The notes under the pieces: model-generated
The model's database searches: none
Told to the model about the DNA's origin: nothing
The model's input: only the letters and a program-made list of their open reading frames with translations
Part shown: piece after piece, positions 40,235 to 50,642 of the stretch
Layout: every line of letters starts with the position of its first letter
Numbering within the stretch: the stretch's first letter is position 1
From: Methanothrix sp.
Lineage (GTDB): Archaea; Halobacteriota; Methanosarcinia; Methanotrichales; Methanotrichaceae
Assembly: GCA_037128175.1 (NCBI GenBank)
Contig: JBAXWY010000001.1
Span: 32,001-96,000, forward strand
Length of the DNA stretch: 64,000 nt
Direction of reading: 5' to 3'
Program-made: the position numbers and the translations under genes

Positions 40235-41083
40235 CTATTTTTCCTCGGGGCCATCATCGCATGGCCCGGCTGAGCCTGCCAGGTCGCCGATATACCGTCC
40301 GCAGTGCGGGCATCTAAATTTTTGCATCTTCCGATCCTCCTTTCTCTTAGCCAGCACCTCGGCAAAACCGGAGGCCAGAACGCCTGTAGGCAGGGCGAAG
40401 AGCCCTATGCCTAATATTACTACTATCGAGCCGATCAACTTGCCCCAGAGTGTCACGGGATATACATCTCCGTAGCCCACCGTGGCCAGGGTCACAATGC
40501 CCCACCACATGGCCACCGGAATGCTGGAGAAGGCCTCGGGCTGAGCAGCGTTCTCCGCCTCGTACATGAGGCTGGAGGAGACGACGAGCAGTATCATGAT
40601 GGCAAAGAACATGAGCAAAATCTCTTCCTTCTTCAGCCGCAACACATCCACGAAGGTCTGTAGCGCCTCGGAGTAGCGGGCCAGCTTCAGCACCCGGAAG
40701 AGCCGGAAGAGGCGCATGGCTCGCATGAACCTCAAATCCAGGAAGAAGATGGGCAGATAGAAAGGCAACACGGCTATGATATCGACTAAGGCCAGGGGCG
40801 TCACCAGGAATTGCAGCCTGCCCCGCACCGGATCTTTGAATCTGGGATTTACGGTGCAGCTCCAAACGCGAAGGATGTATTCAACGGTGAAGACGGCCAC
40901 GGAAAAAACATCGAAAGCACGAAAGAGTGGGGCGTAGGCAGAGTAGATCGACTGCACCGTCTCCAGGACCACCGCGGCTACGTTTAATACAATCAGGCCC
41001 ATGATGAAGGGGTCGAAGTACTTGCTGTCCTCATCTCCCGGCTCCAGTATGCCGTAGATGCGTGTCTTGAGGTCCTGCTTCAT
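40235..41083 (-). CDS. 6-TM voltage-gated-type K+ channel
   Basis: S4 RFMRAMRLFRLFRVLK; filter TLATVGYGD; C-terminal CPHCG. Confidence 0.93.
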   Translation of the reverse strand: MKQDLKTRIYGILEPGDEDSKYFDPFIMGLIVLNVAAVVLETVQSIYSAYAPLFRAFDVFSVAVFTVEYILRVWSCTVNPRFKDPVRGRLQFLVTPLALVDIIAVLPFYLPIFFLDLRFMRAMRLFRLFRVLKLARYSEALQTFVDVLRLKKEEILLMFFAIMILLVVSSSLMYEAENAAQPEAFSSIPVAMWWGIVTLATVGYGDVYPVTLWGKLIGSIVVILGIGLFALPTGVLASGFAEVLAKRKEDRKMQKFRCPHCGRYIGDLAGSAGPCDDGPEEK

Positions 41084-41134
41084 TGTCGGCTTTTATGGAG
41101 AGCGGTTTTGCATTTAAATTCTTTCCAGCGTCAT

Positions 41135-41935
41135 TTAAGGGCCATTTTCAAGGCTCTCTTTCGCTTCGGCTTCCTTCTCCTCCCGTCGTCTCTCCAGCTC
41201 ATCCACAAAGCCAGAGGTGAGAATCGACGTAGGCAGGGCAAAGGTGGCCACGCCCAAAATTATAATCAGACCGCCGGCCAGCTTTCCCAGAGTGGTTATT
41301 GGATAAAAATTCTCGCCGACTGTCGTCATGGTCAGCACCGCCCACCACATGGTGGCGGGTATGTCAGGAAAACGCTGGGGCTGAGCCTCATGCTCCAGGA
41401 AATAAATCACCGTCGAGGATAGCACCATGAAGAAAATGATGGCAGAGAAACTCATGGCCAGCTCGCGCTGTTGGGCGCGTACCACGTCCATTATGGTCTG
41501 CAAGGATTCGGAGTAGCGGCTCATCTTGAGCAGCCGGAAGGTCCAGAGTACGCGAAGGCTTCGCAGTAGCTTATGATCTGTGGGAAAGGCCAGTACAGCG
41601 TAGGTCGGCAATATCACCAGAAGATCGATCAGCGCCAAAGGAGTCAGGGCGAAGCGAAGCCTTCCCAGGAAGGGACGGCTGTATTTCGGGTCCACATCAC
41701 ATGACCAGATGCGCAAAATGTATTCAATGGTGAATACTACGACAGATATGTCCGCGAAGTAATGGAACAGAACTTTATGGGCCGCATAAATGCTCTCCAC
41801 TGTTTCCAGGACCACCGCAGTGACATTGAGGACCACCAGTACCAGCATAAAGAGATTTACAGCCTCAGCCGTTTTGTCTTTTGCATTGGTCGACTCCAGG
41901 ATCTCGTAAATGCGGAGCTTGTAGCTCTTGGCCAT
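41135..41935 (-). CDS. 6-TM channel paralogue with an atypical filter
   Basis: Collinear with the downstream channel, but the filter reads TMTTVGENFYP. Confidence 0.88.
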   Translation of the reverse strand: MAKSYKLRIYEILESTNAKDKTAEAVNLFMLVLVVLNVTAVVLETVESIYAAHKVLFHYFADISVVVFTIEYILRIWSCDVDPKYSRPFLGRLRFALTPLALIDLLVILPTYAVLAFPTDHKLLRSLRVLWTFRLLKMSRYSESLQTIMDVVRAQQRELAMSFSAIIFFMVLSSTVIYFLEHEAQPQRFPDIPATMWWAVLTMTTVGENFYPITTLGKLAGGLIIILGVATFALPTSILTSGFVDELERRREEKEAEAKESLENGP

Positions 41936-42001
41936 TTCAACCTCGCTATATTGGGCGTGATATGTCTATCTTAATATATACGAACTTGCCTTATTTTTGA
42001 T

Positions 42002-42772
42002 ATGCGAGCCGCTTGCCTCCAGCTTTCCGTAGAGCCCTGTCATCCCGATAAAAATCTCTCTCGCGCATTGCAGATGGCAGGCGCGGCCTTAGCCGAAGGA
42101 GCTGAGATCCTGGTCTTTCCTGAGCTCTTCCTGACCGGCTTTTGCTACGAGCCTTCTTTGCAGTCATCTTCCTCTGCGCAAGACCAGCCGCCCTATCCCT
42201 CACTTGATCCCTTCCGGACGCTGGCTCGCGAGCACAAATGCTTGATCATCGGCTCCATTCGCAGCGGCCGACAGAACCTGGGCTTTTGTCTTGGCGGCGA
42301 CGGCCTAGAGCTTCGCCCCAAGATCCACCCCTTCGCTGAGGAGGAGGAGCACTTTGACGGCGGTGACTTCATCTCGCCCGTAGCCACGAAGTGGGGCCTG
42401 GTGGGGTTAGAGATCTGCTACGACCTGCGCTTTCCTGAGGTGGCGCGCACCCTTGCCCTGCAGGGCGCAGATTTTCTGGTTACCGTGGCCCAGTTTCCCG
42501 CGTCGCGGCGCGAGCAGTGGCGCGTGCTGGCCATGGCCCGGGCCATCGAAAATCAGATGCCTCATCTGGCCTGCAACTGGGCAAACGGCGGGGGCTCATT
42601 GATCATCGATGCCCGCGGCCGGGTGTTGGCCGAGGCCGGCTCAGAGCAAGCTCTGCTATGGGCTGATATCGACCTGGCCGATCAGGATCTATTCCGTCGC
42701 GAGGTCTCCTGTTTTGCTGATCGCCGGCCAGAGATCTACGGAAGGTGGGATGCTGAACGCTCTAACCCATAA
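42002..42772 (+). CDS. Carbon-nitrogen hydrolase (nitrilase family)
   Basis: FPELFLTG, KIH and ICYDLRFPE (E-K-C triad). Confidence 0.92.
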   Translation: MRAACLQLSVEPCHPDKNLSRALQMAGAALAEGAEILVFPELFLTGFCYEPSLQSSSSAQDQPPYPSLDPFRTLAREHKCLIIGSIRSGRQNLGFCLGGDGLELRPKIHPFAEEEEHFDGGDFISPVATKWGLVGLEICYDLRFPEVARTLALQGADFLVTVAQFPASRREQWRVLAMARAIENQMPHLACNWANGGGSLIIDARGRVLAEAGSEQALLWADIDLADQDLFRREVSCFADRRPEIYGRWDAERSNP

Positions 42773-43958
42773 TTTCCTGGTCTCCAAGTTCCGGGGCTAT
42801 TACATTGAATCCTCCCTTGATGCCCCGCCCAGCCTCGCTTCTCGCGAGTGGGGCTTTCTCTTCTTCGACGATTCAGGCATGCGCCGGCACAAGTCCTTCT
42901 TCTCACGAGGAGAACTGGTCGATTATGTGCGCTCCATGGTGCCGCGCCACGTCTATCACTCTGCCGCTTACTACCAGCGGCCCGGCGCGCCCACTATGAA
43001 AGAGAAATTCTGGCAAGGCGCCGACCTCATCTTCGATCTGGATGCCGATCACCTGAGAAATGCGCCCAAGAGCTATAGCGAGATGCTGGAACAGGTAAAA
43101 AAGGAGACACAAAAGCTTTTGACCTTTCTTTTATCCGACTTCGGCCTTAGCGAGAGCAAAATGAGTGTGGTCTTTTCCGGAGGCAGGGGCTATCACATCC
43201 ACGTTCGAGACCCACGTGTTTTTAGTTTCGGCAGCGACGAGCGCCGGGAGATCGTGGACTATCTGGCTGGCCGGGGTCTGGCCATGGATCGGTTCATACA
43301 CATGGCACCCATGGAAGGCGATTGGGGAAAAGATAGGGCTTTTCGGCTGCGTGCGCCTCCCGCAGGCGCGCCGGGCTGGGGGGGCAGGATCAATCGATCC
43401 ATCATCTCCTTTGTCGAAGATCTGCGCGGCTTGAGCGAAGCGGAGGCGATCGTGGTTCTATCGAAACGAAAGGGCATTGGACCCAAAAAAGCCGCCAGCT
43501 TTTACAAAAGCCTGCAAGGGGAAAATGTCTTGGAAGAGATAGGCAGGGGAAATCTGGACCTCTTTAGGGGCAGCGCCGCTATCTGGAAGCTTCTTCTCGT
43601 GGAGTTCTTGGACAGCGAGGGCGTGAAGGTGGGCTTCAATTTAGATGAGGAGCGTGGCGAGACCGACGAGCCGGTGACTGCCGATGTGCGCCGGCTGATT
43701 CGTTGTCCCGGCAGCCTGCACGGCGGCTCGGGGCTACGCGTGACCTCCCTCACGCTGTGCGACCTGGAGGACTTCGATCCTCTGCAAGATGCGGTGGTCT
43801 TCGGAGAGGAGGCCGTGCCTCTGCATATCTTAAAGCCCTTCAAAACACAGATGAGAGGCGTTAGCTATAATCTGGAAGAGGGTCCCACAAAGCTGCCCGC
43901 CTGCGTCGCGGTCTTTCTCATGGCACGGGGTGTGGCGGAAGCCTGCACAAAGCATTAA
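42750..43958 (+). CDS. priS: DNA primase catalytic subunit
   Basis: REWGF, DLIFDLDADH, FSGGRGYH and DEPVTADVRRLIR.PGSLH motifs. Confidence 0.96.
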   Translation: MLNALTHNFLVSKFRGYYIESSLDAPPSLASREWGFLFFDDSGMRRHKSFFSRGELVDYVRSMVPRHVYHSAAYYQRPGAPTMKEKFWQGADLIFDLDADHLRNAPKSYSEMLEQVKKETQKLLTFLLSDFGLSESKMSVVFSGGRGYHIHVRDPRVFSFGSDERREIVDYLAGRGLAMDRFIHMAPMEGDWGKDRAFRLRAPPAGAPGWGGRINRSIISFVEDLRGLSEAEAIVVLSKRKGIGPKKAASFYKSLQGENVLEEIGRGNLDLFRGSAAIWKLLLVEFLDSEGVKVGFNLDEERGETDEPVTADVRRLIRCPGSLHGGSGLRVTSLTLCDLEDFDPLQDAVVFGEEAVPLHILKPFKTQMRGVSYNLEEGPTKLPACVAVFLMARGVAEACTKH

Positions 43959-44002
43959 TCTATATATTATTTGATTCTCAGATAACAGGCCCGCAGAGGG
44001 GC

Positions 44003-44584
44003 ATGAAGGTGGAACAATTGGATCTGGCCAATGCGCTTAGAGAGGAGCGCAAATCCGCGGAGCTTCAGCATCTGGATAAGGACTTTTACCAGCAGGTGGG
44101 CATCTATCTGGCCGGCCTGGGGCAGGAGCTCTCACAGGTAGGGGACCCCTTTTGCGTAGAGGCTCAGATCCTACAAGACACCCTCAAGAGTGAAAAGAAC
44201 AGCGTCAATAAGCTCATAGACCAGAGGGTGAAAAAGATCGTCCGCCGGGCGCTACGTAGTGCCCGATCCGCTTCTCGGGAAGAGGTACTCCCGGGCATGA
44301 CCGAGGAGGAAGAGGAGATCTACCGGCAGATGCTCTCTGCCATTGCCTCTGGACGCGAAGCTATCTTGGCCCACGTGGCTCACACCGAAAGGCCTTTAAC
44401 GGGCAAGAAAGATATATCTCGGGAATACGAAATTGTGCGGTTGCTGGATAGTGTTCCTCTGTTCGTGGGAGTTGACGGGAGAAATTACCTTCTCGGGAAG
44501 GATGATGTGGCTGTGCTCCCGGCCGTTCACGCCAGAAATCTGCGCAACAAAAAATTAGCTTCTGAAGTGAAGATTGAGAGATGA
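44003..44584 (+). CDS. GINS family DNA replication protein
   Basis: ER....LQ.L..DFY, R..KI, C-terminal GVDGRNY.L..DV..LP B-domain; follows priS. Confidence 0.82.
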   Translation: MKVEQLDLANALREERKSAELQHLDKDFYQQVGIYLAGLGQELSQVGDPFCVEAQILQDTLKSEKNSVNKLIDQRVKKIVRRALRSARSASREEVLPGMTEEEEEIYRQMLSAIASGREAILAHVAHTERPLTGKKDISREYEIVRLLDSVPLFVGVDGRNYLLGKDDVAVLPAVHARNLRNKKLASEVKIER

Positions 44585-44590
44585 TGCGTT

Positions 44591-44872
44591 GTGAAGATGC
44601 CAAAAAAGCTTAACGCTTACTGTCCGTTCTGCAAAAAGCATACCCCCCAAACGGTGGAGAGGGTGAGAAAAGGCCGTGCTTCCTCGATGACTCATATCGT
44701 GAGGCAGAAGGCGCGAGCCAATGGAATAGGAAATCAGGGCAAGTTCTCTAAAGTTCCGGGCGGCGACAAGCCCGTCAAGAGGCTGAACCTGCGCTACCGC
44801 TGCAACACTTGCAAGAAAGCTCATAACCGAGCAGGCTTTAGGGCCGGCAAGTTCGATCTGGTGGAGGGATAA
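44591..44872 (+). CDS. rpl44e: 50S ribosomal protein L44e
   Basis: [16 protein letters not shown] and RYRCNTC motifs. Confidence 0.96.
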   Translation: MKMPKKLNAYCPFCKKHTPQTVERVRKGRASSMTHIVRQKARANGIGNQGKFSKVPGGDKPVKRLNLRYRCNTCKKAHNRAGFRAGKFDLVEG

Positions 44873-44874
44873 AT

Positions 44875-45042
44875 TTGCCATCTAAGTTCGTCAAGGTAAA
44901 GTGCAACGACTGCGAGAACGAGCAGGTTATATTCGCTCATGCCTCTACGGTTGTCAAATGCCTGGTCTGCGGGCGCACGCTTGCAGAGCCCACGGGCGGC
45001 AAGGCTGAGATCAAGACTACCGTTGTAGAAGTCTTAGAGTGA
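44875..45042 (+). CDS. rps27e: 30S ribosomal protein S27e
   Basis: Hand-translated, TTG start: [20 protein letters not shown]...[16 protein letters not shown]. Confidence 0.93.
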   Translation: MPSKFVKVKCNDCENEQVIFAHASTVVKCLVCGRTLAEPTGGKAEIKTTVVEVLE

Positions 45043-45048
45043 TTGATA

Positions 45049-45822
45049 ATGCAACGTGAGGGCTGGCCAGAGCTCGGATCTCTAGTCGTCTGCACCGTGA
45101 CTCAGGTAGTGGACTTCGGAGCTTTCGTCTCCATGGACGAGTATTCCGGTAAGCAGGGCCTGATTCACATCTCGGAGGTGGCCAGCGGATGGATCAAGTA
45201 CATTCGCGACCACGTGCGAGAGGGGCAGAAGATCGTCTGCAAGGTATTGAATGTAGACACGTCCCGGCACCACATCGATCTCTCCCTGAAAGACGTAAAT
45301 GAGCATCAACGTCGGGAGAAGATTCAGGAGTGGAAGGCGGACCAAAAAGCCTGGAAATGGCTGGAGATGGCTTACAAGGACCGGCCCGAGGACGTCAAGC
45401 GTGTCGCTGATATTCTGGTGGCAGCGTACGACAGCCTCTATCTGGCCATGGAGGAGGCGGCGATCAGCGGTGTGGAAGCACTGGCCGATGAGCGCCTGAC
45501 GGAAGAAGACCTGAAGATGCTGGAGAGCCTCTCCAAGGATAACGTCAAGATACCCTCCGTTGATATCAGCGGCTATGTGGATATCACCTCCCCTGCTCCT
45601 GACGGCGTGGATGTCATCAGGAAGGCCCTCAAGCAGGCCAAGCGCATAAAAGACAAAGATGCTACGCTCTTCATCACATATATTGGAGCGCCGCGCTATC
45701 GCATTCATGTAACCGCGCCGGACTACAAGCATGCTGAGTCTGTTCTCAAGAAGTCTGCTCAGGCTGTGGTGAAATACATAGAACAGCACGGCGGAGAAGG
45801 CACTTTCCTTAGAGAGGCATGA
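45049..45822 (+). CDS. eif2a: Translation initiation factor 2 alpha subunit
   Basis: S1 domain IHISEVASGWIK; YIGAPRYRI motif. Confidence 0.95.
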   Translation: MQREGWPELGSLVVCTVTQVVDFGAFVSMDEYSGKQGLIHISEVASGWIKYIRDHVREGQKIVCKVLNVDTSRHHIDLSLKDVNEHQRREKIQEWKADQKAWKWLEMAYKDRPEDVKRVADILVAAYDSLYLAMEEAAISGVEALADERLTEEDLKMLESLSKDNVKIPSVDISGYVDITSPAPDGVDVIRKALKQAKRIKDKDATLFITYIGAPRYRIHVTAPDYKHAESVLKKSAQAVVKYIEQHGGEGTFLREA

Positions 45823-45980
45823 GATCCAAAATCCTGAGGTGTACGGCATGCAGCCGCTACACCCTTATGGATATCTGCTCCGCCTGTGGGGGCCATACTA
45901 CTATTACTAAGCCCGCCAGATTCTCTCCTGATGATCCTTACGGCAAGTACCGGAGAGCTCTCGGCCAGGAGGCAAAATGA
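45819..45980 (+). CDS. nop10: H/ACA RNP protein Nop10
   Basis: Hand-translated MRSKILRCTACSRYTLMDICSACGG...PARFSPDDPYGKYRR. Confidence 0.93.
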   Translation: MRSKILRCTACSRYTLMDICSACGGHTTITKPARFSPDDPYGKYRRALGQEAK

Positions 45981-46750
45981 AGGATACTCTGGTTTCCCGT
46001 ATCAAAGAAGTAACCCTTAAGGACCCAATTCTTGTTGAGGGTCTGCCGGGCGTGGGTCACGTGGGAAAGCTAGTAGCCGATCACATGGTGGAAGAGCTCA
46101 AGGCAGAGAAGATCATGGAGATCTACTCGCCCCATTTTCCACCCCAGGTGATGGTAAAAGAGGACGGCACCATCAAGCAGGTCCGAAATGAGATCTATGC
46201 CTATCATGGCAAGAACGATGAGCCGGATCTGCTCATCCTCATAGGCGACTATCAGAGTGCCACCAACGAGGGGCATTACGAGCTTTGCAGCATCTTCCTG
46301 GACATCGCCCAGAGCTTCCATGTAAAGAGGATCTATGCTCTGGGGGGCTACGGCACCGGCCAGTTCGTGGATAAGCCAAACGTCATGGGGGCGGCTACAA
46401 GTATCGAGCTTGTGGAGGAGATGAAACAAAAAGATGTCGTCTTTCATGAGAACGAGCCAGGCGGAGGCATAATCGGCGTCTCGGGGCTGCTGCTCGGCAT
46501 GGGAGCCCTGCGGGGTATCGATGCCGTCTGTCTCATGGGAGTGACCTCCGGTTATCTGGTAGATCCCAAAGCCGCTTCCGAGGTTCTGCGCATTCTCTCT
46601 GGCATTCTGGGTATTGTTGTGGACATGCAGGCTTTGGAAGAGCGGGCCAAGGAGATGGAGAAGATCATAGGCAAGCTACAGGAGATGGAGCGGGCCCAGG
46701 CTCCTTACGAGGCGAGCGGCGGGGATGAAGATCTCAGATACATCGGATAG
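45977..46750 (+). CDS. Proteasome assembly chaperone (PAC2 family)
   Basis: EGLPGVGHVGKL, GDYQ and GYLVDP motifs. Confidence 0.9.
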   Translation: MKDTLVSRIKEVTLKDPILVEGLPGVGHVGKLVADHMVEELKAEKIMEIYSPHFPPQVMVKEDGTIKQVRNEIYAYHGKNDEPDLLILIGDYQSATNEGHYELCSIFLDIAQSFHVKRIYALGGYGTGQFVDKPNVMGAATSIELVEEMKQKDVVFHENEPGGGIIGVSGLLLGMGALRGIDAVCLMGVTSGYLVDPKAASEVLRILSGILGIVVDMQALEERAKEMEKIIGKLQEMERAQAPYEASGGDEDLRYIG

Positions 46751-48068
46751 TATCGACGCTCTCTTGAATTATGGGCATAAGCTCCTCTCTCAAGCCTTGC
46801 AAGAGGGAGCGGAGCAGGCGGAAGTCTACGGCATGTCTGGTCGCTCTGTCGATATTGATCTACGTAGGGATGTCGTGGAGCTGGCCAGCGAGAGCTTTCA
46901 TCGCGGCCTGGGGCTTAGGGCAGTGATCGCTGGCGGCGTGGGGTTTTCCAGTACCAGCGACATGTCGCTTTTGCAGTTCGTGGCCAAAAGCGCCGTTGTA
47001 TCCGCCCGGGCCAGAGGTGCTGACGAATCCTGGCGCTCTCTTCCCCGACCTAAAAAGGTGGTGCGTCCGGAGGGCATCTTCGATTTGCGTTTGCAGCAAA
47101 TCGGCCCCGAGGAATGCCTTGACATCGCAGAGAGCATGCTTTCCGGCTGCAGGACCGTCAAGGAAGCGGAGCCGGTAGCTGGCAGTGTGGCCTGTATTTG
47201 CGGCAGCGGTTTTGTGATAAACTCGCTGGGAATGGAACTTCAGGAGACCTCCACCCTCATGCATGCCTCTTTGGAAACAATTGCCAAGGCGGCGGATGTG
47301 GCCACAGGCAGCGAGTTTTATAGCTCCCGAGGCTATCAGCCCTCGCTGGAGGACGTGGGTCGCGCCGCAGCAAAGATGGCTTTCTCCTCTCTGGACGGCT
47401 GCCGGGCAAAGAGCGGGACCTTTGATGTGCTCTTAAAGCCCCTGGCTGTAGCCGAGCTGCTCGATTATACCCTGCTTCCCGCCCTTGCTGCCGACAATGT
47501 GCAAAAGGGCAGATCCACTCTTGCAGGAAGGGTGGGCGAGAAGATCTCTGCCGAAGCCCTCGTGATCACCGATGACGGCCTCCTTCCCGGCGGCATGGAC
47601 TCCTCGGCCTTTGATGGCGAGGGTGTGCCTTCTCAAAGGACGGTCCTCATTGATGATGGCATTTTAAGGGGCTATCTCTACGACAGCTACACGGCTGGAA
47701 AGGAGGGCGTGACATCCACGGGCAATGCTGTGCGCTCCGGTTACACGGGTGTTCCCTCTGTGGGATGCCGAAATCTCATTGTAGGATCCCCTGATGCTCG
47801 GGATCTTCTGGCTGAGACAAAAGGCTATCTGGTAAACGGTCTCATCGGTGCCCACACTGCTAATCCCATCTCCGGCGACTTCTCGGTGGAGGCAAAAAAT
47901 GCCTTCCTTATTGCGCCGGGTGAAGAGGCTAAGCCCATACGTTCTTTGATGCTGGCCGGAAATTTCTTCGAGCTATTGAAGGATGTCGAAATTGGCAGAG
48001 ACGTGCGGGCCATTGGGGCCATTGTCACGCCCACCATCAAAGTCAGAATGAAGGTAGTAGGAAGCTAA
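46725..48068 (+). CDS. TldD/PmbA family protein (PmbA-like)
   Basis: FDGEGVP, STGNA.R and HTANPISGDFS motifs. Confidence 0.9.
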   Translation: MKISDTSDSIDALLNYGHKLLSQALQEGAEQAEVYGMSGRSVDIDLRRDVVELASESFHRGLGLRAVIAGGVGFSSTSDMSLLQFVAKSAVVSARARGADESWRSLPRPKKVVRPEGIFDLRLQQIGPEECLDIAESMLSGCRTVKEAEPVAGSVACICGSGFVINSLGMELQETSTLMHASLETIAKAADVATGSEFYSSRGYQPSLEDVGRAAAKMAFSSLDGCRAKSGTFDVLLKPLAVAELLDYTLLPALAADNVQKGRSTLAGRVGEKISAEALVITDDGLLPGGMDSSAFDGEGVPSQRTVLIDDGILRGYLYDSYTAGKEGVTSTGNAVRSGYTGVPSVGCRNLIVGSPDARDLLAETKGYLVNGLIGAHTANPISGDFSVEAKNAFLIAPGEEAKPIRSLMLAGNFFELLKDVEIGRDVRAIGAIVTPTIKVRMKVVGS

Positions 48069-48077
48069 AGGTGGTTT

Positions 48078-48932
48078 TTGATGATAATTGGAGGGCCTGC
48101 CTCCCAGCTTCTCGCTGGCCGGGTGGCTACAATCTTAAATGAAACACTCGCTCTTTGCGATTACAAGACATTTCCCGATGGCGAGTCGTATACGCAAATT
48201 GTGACCCAGCTTGATGATGAGATAGTAATAATTCAGTCTACACCCACCGATCAGGACCTGGTCTATCTCCTGCAACTGCTGGACATTTGCCGGGACCGGC
48301 GTGTCTCTTTGGTCATACCTTATTTCGGCTATGCCCGCCAGGACAAGATCTTCAAGCCAGGCGAGCCCATGACCGCCCGGGCGCTGGCTACAGCCTTGAA
48401 TCCCTTTTTGCAGAACGGTCGTGTCCATCTGGTCAACATCCATGCCTCATCCATTATGGCCCATTTCCAGTGCCCGATTGAGAATCTGGATGCCACTGGC
48501 CTGCTGGCCGAGAGGATCGCCAGCATGGGGCTCAAGGACACCGTAGTCATCTCTCCCGACAAGGGAGCTATGGCCATGGCCAAGACCGCCGCGGCCTGTC
48601 TGGGCTGTGACTCAGACTATTTGCAAAAGACCCGCCTCTCCGGAACGGAGGTCTCTATGGCCCCCCAAGAGGTGGCCGTTAAAGGCAGGGACGTGGTCAT
48701 CTTCGACGACATGATCGCCACGGGTGGCACCATGGCCACGGCCATTGCACTTTTGCGCCAACAGGGGGCACGGCGCGTCTTTCTGGCGGCAGTACATCCC
48801 GTCCTGACAGGCTCGGCGATTCTCAAGCTCTATCGCTCAGGAGTGGAGGCAGTGCTGGCCACAGACACCCTGGACAAGGGCGTGAGCACGGTCTCGGTGG
48901 CACCGCTGATTGCGAAGGCTCTGAGATCATAA
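48078..48932 (+). CDS. prs: Ribose-phosphate pyrophosphokinase
   Basis: FPDGE, PYFGYARQD, SPDKG and DDMIATGGT motifs. Confidence 0.95.
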   Translation: MMIIGGPASQLLAGRVATILNETLALCDYKTFPDGESYTQIVTQLDDEIVIIQSTPTDQDLVYLLQLLDICRDRRVSLVIPYFGYARQDKIFKPGEPMTARALATALNPFLQNGRVHLVNIHASSIMAHFQCPIENLDATGLLAERIASMGLKDTVVISPDKGAMAMAKTAAACLGCDSDYLQKTRLSGTEVSMAPQEVAVKGRDVVIFDDMIATGGTMATAIALLRQQGARRVFLAAVHPVLTGSAILKLYRSGVEAVLATDTLDKGVSTVSVAPLIAKALRS

Positions 48933-48996
48933 AACGGTACTGCCTCCGAAGAGTCAGAGAATAGCTTATTAACGTATACATCGGTTTCAATTATGA

Positions 48997-49338
48997 ATGA
49001 AGCTTCAAGCCGTCATAAACGGTGAGAGAATTGAGGATATGGATTATAGATTTTCCCTTCTTTTAAGAGCGACGGAGCTGGGCTGCGAGAATTTCTTTTC
49101 CTGCATCAGATTGGGGGACGGTCTTCCTCAGCTCATTGCAAGAATTGAAGGTGATGAAGTGCAAATTTCTGATTTCAAGAGGTTTGTGCAGATGCATAAG
49201 CCAGATGGGGTGGACGTTTCCGTCATAGGTTTCGAGGAGTTCACAGGCCATGTTCCCTCCATTAAAACCTTCATGTCTTTCTGCATTGTAGAACTCTTAG
49301 ACAAATGGGTCAGGGGTATCGATCATCCTAGCGATTGA
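48997..49338 (+). CDS. Acylphosphatase-like protein (degenerate active site)
   Basis: [10 protein letters not shown] resembles G.VQGVGYR; AcyP-like size and pattern. Confidence 0.55.
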   Translation: MKLQAVINGERIEDMDYRFSLLLRATELGCENFFSCIRLGDGLPQLIARIEGDEVQISDFKRFVQMHKPDGVDVSVIGFEEFTGHVPSIKTFMSFCIVELLDKWVRGIDHPSD

Positions 49339-49364
49339 GTATTGATTCGGAGAGGTTTCAACAA

Positions 49365-50453
49365 ATGTCAGGAAACACCTTTGGCACCATATTTCGCATC
49401 ACCACCTGGGGCGAGTCGCATGGCTCTGCGGTGGGCGTGGTCGTGGACGGCTGCCCGGCGGGCATGGCCCTGGCCGCGGAAGATATTCAGAAAGAGCTGG
49501 ACCGCAGGCGTCCCGGCCAGAGCCGCGCCTCTACGGCTCGGCAGGAAGCGGACCAGGTTGAAATACTGTCCGGCATCTTCGAGGACCGGACCACGGGCAC
49601 GCCCATCTCCCTGCTGGTCAGGAACAAGGACGCCAACTCCTCCACCTACGATCTCCTGCGCGACAAACCCCGGCCGGGGCACGCCGACTATACCTACCAG
49701 ATGAAATACGGCCTGCGCGATCACCGGGGCGGGGGCCGGGCCTCGGCCCGCGAGACGGTGGGGCGCGTTGCTGCGGGGGCCGTCGCCAAGAAGCTGCTGG
49801 CCACAGAGGGCATCGAGGTCGTGGCCTACGTGGCGGAGCTGGGCGGAATTTTTGCGGAAATTGCTTCAACAGATCTAAGTGAGCTCAGAGACCAGGCCGA
49901 GTCCAATGCCGTTCGCTGCCCCGATCCGGCTGCGGCGCAGAGGATGCTGGTGCGCCTGGACAGCGTGCGCGGGGAGGGCGACAGCCTGGGCGGGGTAGTA
50001 GTAGTAACCGCAGAGGGCGTGCCCGCCGGTTTGGGCGAGCCGGTCTTTGACAAGCTGGACGCCGACCTGGCCAAGGGGCTCATGAGCATTGGCGCGGTGA
50101 AGGCGGTGGAGATAGGCGCGGGCCGGGAGTGCGCCTCTTTGCGTGGCAGCGAGATGAACGACCCGCTGCTCTGGCAGGAGGGCAAGGTTGATTTCGAGAG
50201 CAACAACGCCGGCGGTATCCTGGGCGGCATCTCCACCGGGGCTCCAATTGTCTGCACCATTTCCGTCAAGCCCACGCCGTCCATCGCAAAGCAGCAGAGC
50301 ACAGTTGATCTAGCTCGGGGCGAGGCGGCAGAGATCGAGATCAAAGGCAGGCACGACCCGGCCATCCCTCCCCGAATTGTGCCCGTGGCCGAGGCCATGG
50401 TGGCCCTGGTACTGGCCGATCACCTTCTCAGGCAGAGGGCGGCAAGGCTGTAA
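49365..50453 (+). CDS. aroC: Chorismate synthase
   Basis: [27 protein letters not shown] and GRHDP motifs. Confidence 0.97.
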   Translation: MSGNTFGTIFRITTWGESHGSAVGVVVDGCPAGMALAAEDIQKELDRRRPGQSRASTARQEADQVEILSGIFEDRTTGTPISLLVRNKDANSSTYDLLRDKPRPGHADYTYQMKYGLRDHRGGGRASARETVGRVAAGAVAKKLLATEGIEVVAYVAELGGIFAEIASTDLSELRDQAESNAVRCPDPAAAQRMLVRLDSVRGEGDSLGGVVVVTAEGVPAGLGEPVFDKLDADLAKGLMSIGAVKAVEIGAGRECASLRGSEMNDPLLWQEGKVDFESNNAGGILGGISTGAPIVCTISVKPTPSIAKQQSTVDLARGEAAEIEIKGRHDPAIPPRIVPVAEAMVALVLADHLLRQRAARL

Positions 50454-50481
50454 ATTTTTTTGGCTAGCGTGGACAGCGATC

Positions 50482-50606
50482 TCACGCGATGCCGCGAAGG
50501 GCGCGAAGTGCAATTAGGTAATTTTGTGTTGTTGCGGGAATGAAAATTCTCGTTCTTCGCGGCTTCGCGCCTTCGCGTGACCCGGTCCAGTGATGAAAAC
50601 GCGAAG
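50482..50606. repeat. REP-like palindromic element (CTTCGCG units), copy 2
   Basis: TCACGCGATGCCGCGAAGGGCGCGAAG ... CTTCGCGGCTTCGCGCCTTCGCGTGA inverted pair. Confidence 0.78.
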
Positions 50607-50642
50607 AGCCTTTTATATCTTCTCACGCCCAAAATGTGCCTC

